The notes under the pieces: generated by a model | The model's input: only the letters and a program-made list of their open reading frames with translations | What the model was told of the DNA's origin: nothing | Database searches by the model: none | Shown: in pieces, positions 59,282 through 64,000 of the stretch | How positions within the stretch are numbered: position 1 is the first letter of the stretch | Layout of the letters: each line of letters starts with the position of its first letter | Program-made: the position numbers and the translations under genes | Assembly (NCBI GenBank): GCA_016839805.1 | Contig: JAEOTO010000006.1 | Location: 32,001-96,000 of the forward strand | Reading direction: 5' to 3' | DNA length: 64,000 nt | Origin: Candidatus Hermodarchaeota archaeon | GTDB lineage: Archaea > Asgardarchaeota > Hermodarchaeia > Hermodarchaeales > Hermodarchaeaceae

Positions 59282-59517
59282 CTCCTGAAACCAATTTCTA
59301 TTCCTTCATTCAAATATCCGTTGGTGTCGACAATTCAACCTAGTAAAACAGTTCTTATCCCGTTTAGATAAAGAAAGCAGCAACGAATATACACGAAACG
59401 GCAACGACGACAAACAAGTTAAATACGGGAAATCCGATAGTCAAAACGAAGTGCCAATAGGTCACTTTAAGTAATAAAGCTACAGGAAACTTTTAACCAA
59501 ACGGGAGGCTAAAAGAA

Positions 59518-61095
59518 TTGCCACGTGGTTTATCAGTCTGCAGGTGGGACGATAAAGTTGGCCTGCGTATTGTGGGTGTGTACCCGCGGAACCTAGAGGT
59601 TTCTGAGGATGATATGTTACGTGTTTTTACGGCGCACGCTATGGGTAAGCCGGAAGCTGGTTTTCTCACTATGACTCTTGAAGGAACGAACCTGGCGGTA
59701 GCGTCTTTTTACACTGGCATTCTCCGTGGGCGTGATCAGTTTTGTATTATGATGTTTATGGATTTGGATGAAGAACCGCGGAGTTTTGAAGAGGGGTTGA
59801 CGCTTGCGTCGAGTGAGATTGTGGAGAATATTGGTGAGCCGGAGTTTGTTGAGTATCTGGGTGAAGTGTTTGAGAAGCTGAAGCGGATGGTGGAGCTGTC
59901 CGTGGAGCAGCGGCTTGCTAAGGTGTTTGTGGATCAGGAAACGCGGTTGTTGATGCATAAGTTGGCTCGTGGTGGTATTTCCGCAGAAGAGCTCCGGGAA
60001 TGGCTTGAGTTACAGACAGGGAAGCATTACCCCGATTTAGGGCTAGTAACTCTGCCTTTGTTACGAAGTGGACTAGTGGAAGAGGATTGGATTAACGCGG
60101 TGTCAGACAACTGTGTCTTTCTAGTAAACGATTTGTTGGGTGCACGGTTTCCGCCAGAGCAGGTGATTAAACTTGCTAAAGGTGGCGGGTTAAACAAGGA
60201 GCAATACAACGAATTAGAAACGCGTGTGAAGAGTTTCTTTGAGGGTTATCAGTGGACTGAAGAAGATACGATTATTATTGGTCAGTTGCTGCTAGATCCG
60301 GATATTTATGACGTGACGAAGACGTTACGGCGGAAAATTGCGCATAAATCCGAGTTGGCGGGAGTGGTCGAAAAGGAAGCATCATTGGATAATGTGCTTC
60401 GACGTCTAGAGCAGGTACAAGTGATTACGAAATTTGGTGAAAATGCTGTTGACGTAGCTGCTAACGACGATCCGTTGATTGTGTTAATGGCGGATGTACA
60501 CTTTGAGTCTTTCTTCCCGGAATTTCTAGTATTGCGTATTCAGGAACGGTTAGAGGCTAAGGATATTCATCCGGATATTGCGAAGCGGCATCTAGAGTTG
60601 CTTAGTGAAATGTATATGCGTATGCGAGAGAAGATGAAAGAACGCAAGAAGCGAAAGAAGGAAGAGGAAGAAGAGGAACTTCCTGAAATCGAAGCTGAAA
60701 TGGTTCACCCGCCCGAAGTCGCTGAGGAGGAACCTCTAGAAACCGCTGAAATGCCTCCACTTGACGAAAAAGAAGCGAAACGCATTCGAAAAGAGGAGGA
60801 GAAAGCACGTAAGGAAGAGGAAAAACGTCTAAAAGTCGAGGAGAAGAAGCGGAAGAAGGAAGAGGCGCAAAAGAAGAAGGAAGAGGAGAAGCAGAAGAAA
60901 GAGGAAGAGAAGCGTCGCAAGGAAGAGGAGAAGCAGAAGAAGGAAGAGGCGCAAAAGAAGAAGGAAGAGGAGAAGCAGAAGAAAGAGGAAGAGAAGCGTC
61001 GCAAGGAAGAGGAGAAGCAGAAGAAAAAGGAAAAAGAGAAGAAGCAAAAAGAGGAAAAAAAGAAAGAAAAGGAACCTGAAGCTGAGGCTACCTAA
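59518..61095 (+). CDS. Longin/uDENN-like domain protein with K/E-rich single-alpha-helix tail
   Basis: WDDKVG..IVGVYP N-terminus typical of longin/uDENN modules; C-terminal (KKEEE)n. Confidence 0.72.
   Translation: MPRGLSVCRWDDKVGLRIVGVYPRNLEVSEDDMLRVFTAHAMGKPEAGFLTMTLEGTNLAVASFYTGILRGRDQFCIMMFMDLDEEPRSFEEGLTLASSEIVENIGEPEFVEYLGEVFEKLKRMVELSVEQRLAKVFVDQETRLLMHKLARGGISAEELREWLELQTGKHYPDLGLVTLPLLRSGLVEEDWINAVSDNCVFLVNDLLGARFPPEQVIKLAKGGGLNKEQYNELETRVKSFFEGYQWTEEDTIIIGQLLLDPDIYDVTKTLRRKIAHKSELAGVVEKEASLDNVLRRLEQVQVITKFGENAVDVAANDDPLIVLMADVHFESFFPEFLVLRIQERLEAKDIHPDIAKRHLELLSEMYMRMREKMKERKKRKKEEEEEELPEIEAEMVHPPEVAEEEPLETAEMPPLDEKEAKRIRKEEEKARKEEEKRLKVEEKKRKKEEAQKKKEEEKQKKEEEKRRKEEEKQKKEEAQKKKEEEKQKKEEEKRRKEEEKQKKKEKEKKQKEEKKKEKEPEAEAT
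60853..61020 (+). repeat. Perfect in-frame tandem duplication, 2 x 84 bp
   Basis: KKEEAQKKKEEEKQKKEEEKRRKEEEKQ twice, identical at DNA level. Confidence 0.85.
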
Positions 61096-61102
61096 CGCTT
61101 TC

Positions 61103-61771
61103 TCAATCCTTCAAACTCCGTTGTTGTTTTGTTGAGAGAATATCACGGGCCGTTTCCCAAGTTTGCCGGACAACCTCAGGAAATGTATCATGTGTGCTAA
61201 TCCATTTCGTGAGAAATTGTCGTGTTTTTGGATCGTTTGGGTAGCCACTGCCAAAATCACCAAATTGCTTATGTAATTCTTTGATACGTTGATCTCTTCG
61301 TACTTTTGCGATAATCGAAGCTGCAGCAACAACAGGATAACGACTATCTGCCTTATGTTCACTGATTACCTTCTTTTTGGTGAATAATTGTGATTGAATC
61401 ATCCGTCCATAGCGGTCAGCATTAACGTCCGAAGCATCAATGTACGCTGTGTGCCACTGGAGTTGATTCAGTACCTGCGCCATCCATTGGGCTTCAAGGG
61501 TGTTGAGTGTCCGTTTTTGCCGGCGTTGATCATCAATTTCTTGAGCACTAATTTCTAATACTTCCACTTGATTCGCAAGGCGTCGTATTTGCTGGTTAAG
61601 GGTTTCTCGTCGTCGGGGGGTCAACTGTTTTGAATCTCGAATTCCCCATTCAATCAGTGCTTCTTCTTGAGATTCTATAATAACAATTCCTGCGATTACT
61701 AATGGTCCAATGACTGGACCCCGACCTGCTTCATCAACACCTGCAATTCGCTGCGACATACTCAACACCAA
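61103..61771 (-). CDS. rnhB: Ribonuclease HII
   Basis: GVDEAGRGPVIGP, DSKQL, HKAD, AASIIAKVRRD, GSGYP. Confidence 0.95.
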   Translation of the reverse strand: MVLSMSQRIAGVDEAGRGPVIGPLVIAGIVIIESQEEALIEWGIRDSKQLTPRRRETLNQQIRRLANQVEVLEISAQEIDDQRRQKRTLNTLEAQWMAQVLNQLQWHTAYIDASDVNADRYGRMIQSQLFTKKKVISEHKADSRYPVVAAASIIAKVRRDQRIKELHKQFGDFGSGYPNDPKTRQFLTKWISTHDTFPEVVRQTWETARDILSTKQQRSLKD

Positions 61772-61839
61772 TTACGCAATATCGATTGCTCCGAAACCAT
61801 TAACAGGTACGCATTCTTTTAAATTCGTACTTAGATGCT

Positions 61840-62139
61840 TTGCTTGTGACTTTCATGGAAGAATGTAAATACGCTGAAATATGGCTCAGTATGTATGAGG
61901 GACAATTTCGTGTCTCCAGCCGACTGCCCTCCCATGTTGAAGTTCCATCTGATTTTCAATGTTTAACACCTGAGGGAGAAAGCATACCCGTTTGTGTTTC
62001 ACAATTATACTCCTCAATTCACGACGCTAAGGGACGCGCAGCAACTTTACAAGATACTCTTCAACAACAAGGCTGTAAGGTCATCTTCTATTTTGAGCTA
62101 CGTCCACCGATTATCGGAAATCCTCATGGTCCTAGCTAG
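61840..62139 (+). CDS. Hypothetical protein
   Basis: 99-aa ORF filling the gap. Confidence 0.45.
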   Translation: MLVTFMEECKYAEIWLSMYEGQFRVSSRLPSHVEVPSDFQCLTPEGESIPVCVSQLYSSIHDAKGRAATLQDTLQQQGCKVIFYFELRPPIIGNPHGPS

Positions 62140-62872
62140 ATTCCCCGGATTCTTTCACAGTAGTATTGATTTCATTAACTTTTGCCTGCTTTGCTCGACG
62201 ACGGATAATAATTCGATAGACCAAGAAAACGACAAAGAAGATAATGAGTATGACTAAGATCATAGTTTCAAAGAGGTCTATTAACTCAGCTAAATTAAAG
62301 AATGCAATACCAACTACCCACCCTAACACCCCTAAAATCAAACATCGTGGTAATGCGCCAAGAAAAGTTATGAAAGTAAACCGTTTGATGTCCACTCGAA
62401 TAGCTCCATAAAGAAGGGAGACGACTGAAAGCGGGATAATCGGTATGGCTCGTGCCGTAAAAAGATAGATTTCGTCGCGAGAAGATTGTTGCATGCGTTG
62501 ACGCATATACTCAATTTCATCTATGGAAGTTCCCAAGTATTTCCCATATCGTTCAATTATAGGATATCCTCCAAAGTAAGCGATTCCATACCCAAAGAAA
62601 GAACCAATAGTAACGGCAAATGCGCCAACTAACATCACATTAACAATAATGCTAAGAATTGCAGCATAGGGGTCTAATCCGATGGTCAAGATAAACCCCG
62701 CTGCCATCATGATAATCGGAGAGGGGATTGGTGCAATGAAGGTCTCTATCATAACACCAAGGAACACTCCAAGTGGTCCTAGGGCATGGACCCATGAAAT
62801 TATTAACCAAATGAGGCCTTCAATCCATGCATCAATAATATGTAGCCAATCAAGGATAATGTTCATTATCAA
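62132..62872 (-). CDS. DedA/VTT family membrane protein
   Basis: ETFIAPIPSPIIMMAAG, GSFFGYGIA, ARAIPIIP. Confidence 0.9.
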   Translation of the reverse strand: MIMNIILDWLHIIDAWIEGLIWLIISWVHALGPLGVFLGVMIETFIAPIPSPIIMMAAGFILTIGLDPYAAILSIIVNVMLVGAFAVTIGSFFGYGIAYFGGYPIIERYGKYLGTSIDEIEYMRQRMQQSSRDEIYLFTARAIPIIPLSVVSLLYGAIRVDIKRFTFITFLGALPRCLILGVLGWVVGIAFFNLAELIDLFETMILVILIIFFVVFLVYRIIIRRRAKQAKVNEINTTVKESGESS

Positions 62873-62919
62873 TTACAAAACGCCCCGAAATGACCCATTA
62901 TCGAAAGATTCTCTACATA

Positions 62920-63258
62920 TCATTCTCCAGGATGAGCACTTGAAATTTCATCCCGGGAAGGAAATTCCGAGTCATCAACGAGCACAATTTCTCCATAGCG
63001 ACCCGCTGAGAGCTCCATTTCTCCCCGAAAAGTTTTCACAAATCCGTTGTTGATTTCTACCACCACGTCTTCATCAACTTTGTCAATATCATCGTTCCAT
63101 AGGGATAATTTAATGGTGCCGGTTTCATCTCCCGCCTGAGCAGTGGTTACGCGGGCCTTTCCATAGCGTGTCTGCACTTCTCTTACTGGCTCTAGAGAAA
63201 GGATGCGTAACCGTATGTCAACGCGACGGGAAGCAGAGGATAATTCATTTACTTTCAT
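62920..63258 (-). CDS. Single OB-fold ssDNA-binding protein (SSB/RPA)
   Basis: MKVNEL, AGDETGTIKLSLW, NGFVKTFRGEMELSAGRYG. Confidence 0.88.
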   Translation of the reverse strand: MKVNELSSASRRVDIRLRILSLEPVREVQTRYGKARVTTAQAGDETGTIKLSLWNDDIDKVDEDVVVEINNGFVKTFRGEMELSAGRYGEIVLVDDSEFPSRDEISSAHPGE

Positions 63259-63314
63259 TATTCTGGAAACCCTCGTTACAAGATTTATCAAGGATGTACT
63301 AATACACACTTTTA

Positions 63315-64000
63315 AAACTTGTTTGCAAGTTCTCACTTTTCAAGGCGGGATTAAATTGACCCAAGACCAGCAGACTGAAAAACAACGAATACGGTCATAT
63401 CCTTAGAATGCGCCCGCTGCCACTCACCCGGAAAATTCGCATCTTTCCCACACCCCAACAAGAATACGTTCTGTGGGCCCTATCCGAGAAATGCCGTCTT
63501 CTCTACAACTTTGCCTTGGTTGAACGACAGCAATATTGGGAAGCCAACCGGACGAAACCACCCGAGGCGCGCACTTATATAACCTACATAAAGCAGCAAA
63601 ATGACCTTCCAACCATCAAAGAACAGTATCCCGAATACGCCTGGGTTTATTCCAAGGTTCTCCAGATGGTCTTACGACGCTTGGATGCCGACTACAAGTC
63701 CTTCTATGCCCGCTGGAACAATGGTGATCACCACGCACGTCCACCCCGTTTCAAAGGCAAGCAGTATTTCACCACCCTTTGCTACAACCAATCGGGATTT
63801 ACCATTGACATAGAAAATAAGCGGATCCGCCTCTCCCACAATCACCCCTCCGGTGTGGAACTCCTATTTGACCTACCATGGCTAACAAAAATTACAGGCA
63901 AGGTCAAACAGGTAGAACTCTTTCAGGATCGGCGACGTAGGTGGTTCGTAGCTATCACTACTGACGAGACGGTACCTGCCTATGTGGACAACGGGTTATA
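63315..64000 (+). mobile_element. IS200/IS605-family element (tnpB-only, IS1341-like), left part
   Basis: Imperfect LE-like hairpin TCTCACTTTTCAAGGCGGGA (63331-63350) upstream of tnpB; no tnpA seen; boundary approximate. Confidence 0.6.
63408..64000 (+). CDS. tnpB: TnpB RNA-guided endonuclease, runs off the right edge of the window
   Basis: Manual translation MRPLPLTRKIRIFPTPQQE...CRLLYNFAL...YSKVLQMVLRRLDADYKSF...PPRFK...YNQSGF. Confidence 0.9.
   Translation, partial: MRPLPLTRKIRIFPTPQQEYVLWALSEKCRLLYNFALVERQQYWEANRTKPPEARTYITYIKQQNDLPTIKEQYPEYAWVYSKVLQMVLRRLDADYKSFYARWNNGDHHARPPRFKGKQYFTTLCYNQSGFTIDIENKRIRLSHNHPSGVELLFDLPWLTKITGKVKQVELFQDRRRRWFVAITTDETVPAYVDNGL

Noticed and set aside
60705-61047. 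Phe/Ser/Leu-rich ORFs on the - strand
   Set aside because: Antisense of the K/E repeat.
60840-61070. Possible CRISPR-like repeats
   Set aside because: In-frame coding tandem repeat without spacers; no array or cas genes seen in the window.
63424-63813. Short ORFs at the right edge
   Set aside because: Alternative frames within tnpB.

Overview
64 kb of archaeal chromosome. An Asgard (Promethearchaeati) origin is inferred from the combination of three roadblock/LC7 proteins, four longin-like proteins (two fused to Arf/Rag-like GTPases), an ESCRT-II Vps22/36-like winged-helix protein, an Rpn11-like JAMM protease, CdvA-like helical proteins, L13e and a histone. Housekeeping content: CoA biosynthesis cluster (coaBC, panB, panE, phosphopantothenate synthetase, pantoate kinase, a frameshifted second pantoate kinase, ECF S component), lipS2-ligase-lipS1 lipoylation operon, lipid genes (tes, ino1, geranylgeranyl reductase with ferredoxin), psmB, gltX, prs, endA, rnhB, SSB and an intron-containing tRNA-Gln(CUG). 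Most notable: (1) a longin/GTPase cluster at 52.7-61.1 kb in which a longin-Cys4-TFIIB-repeat fusion, with its N-terminus hidden behind a probable ATC start, sits 21 bp upstream of a longin-GTPase gene; (2) an ORF-less IS200/IS605 mini-element that keeps a TnpB omegaRNA-like scaffold and is inserted in the uppP stop codon, with a tnpB at the window end; (3) a candidate ~145-nt structured ncRNA with a CCUCCUCCC motif; (4) a tail-anchored Rpn11-like JAMM protease; (5) kb-scale patches of strong A+C versus G+T strand skew that ignore gene orientation. All calls come from manual translation and motif recognition; no database searches or computations were run.
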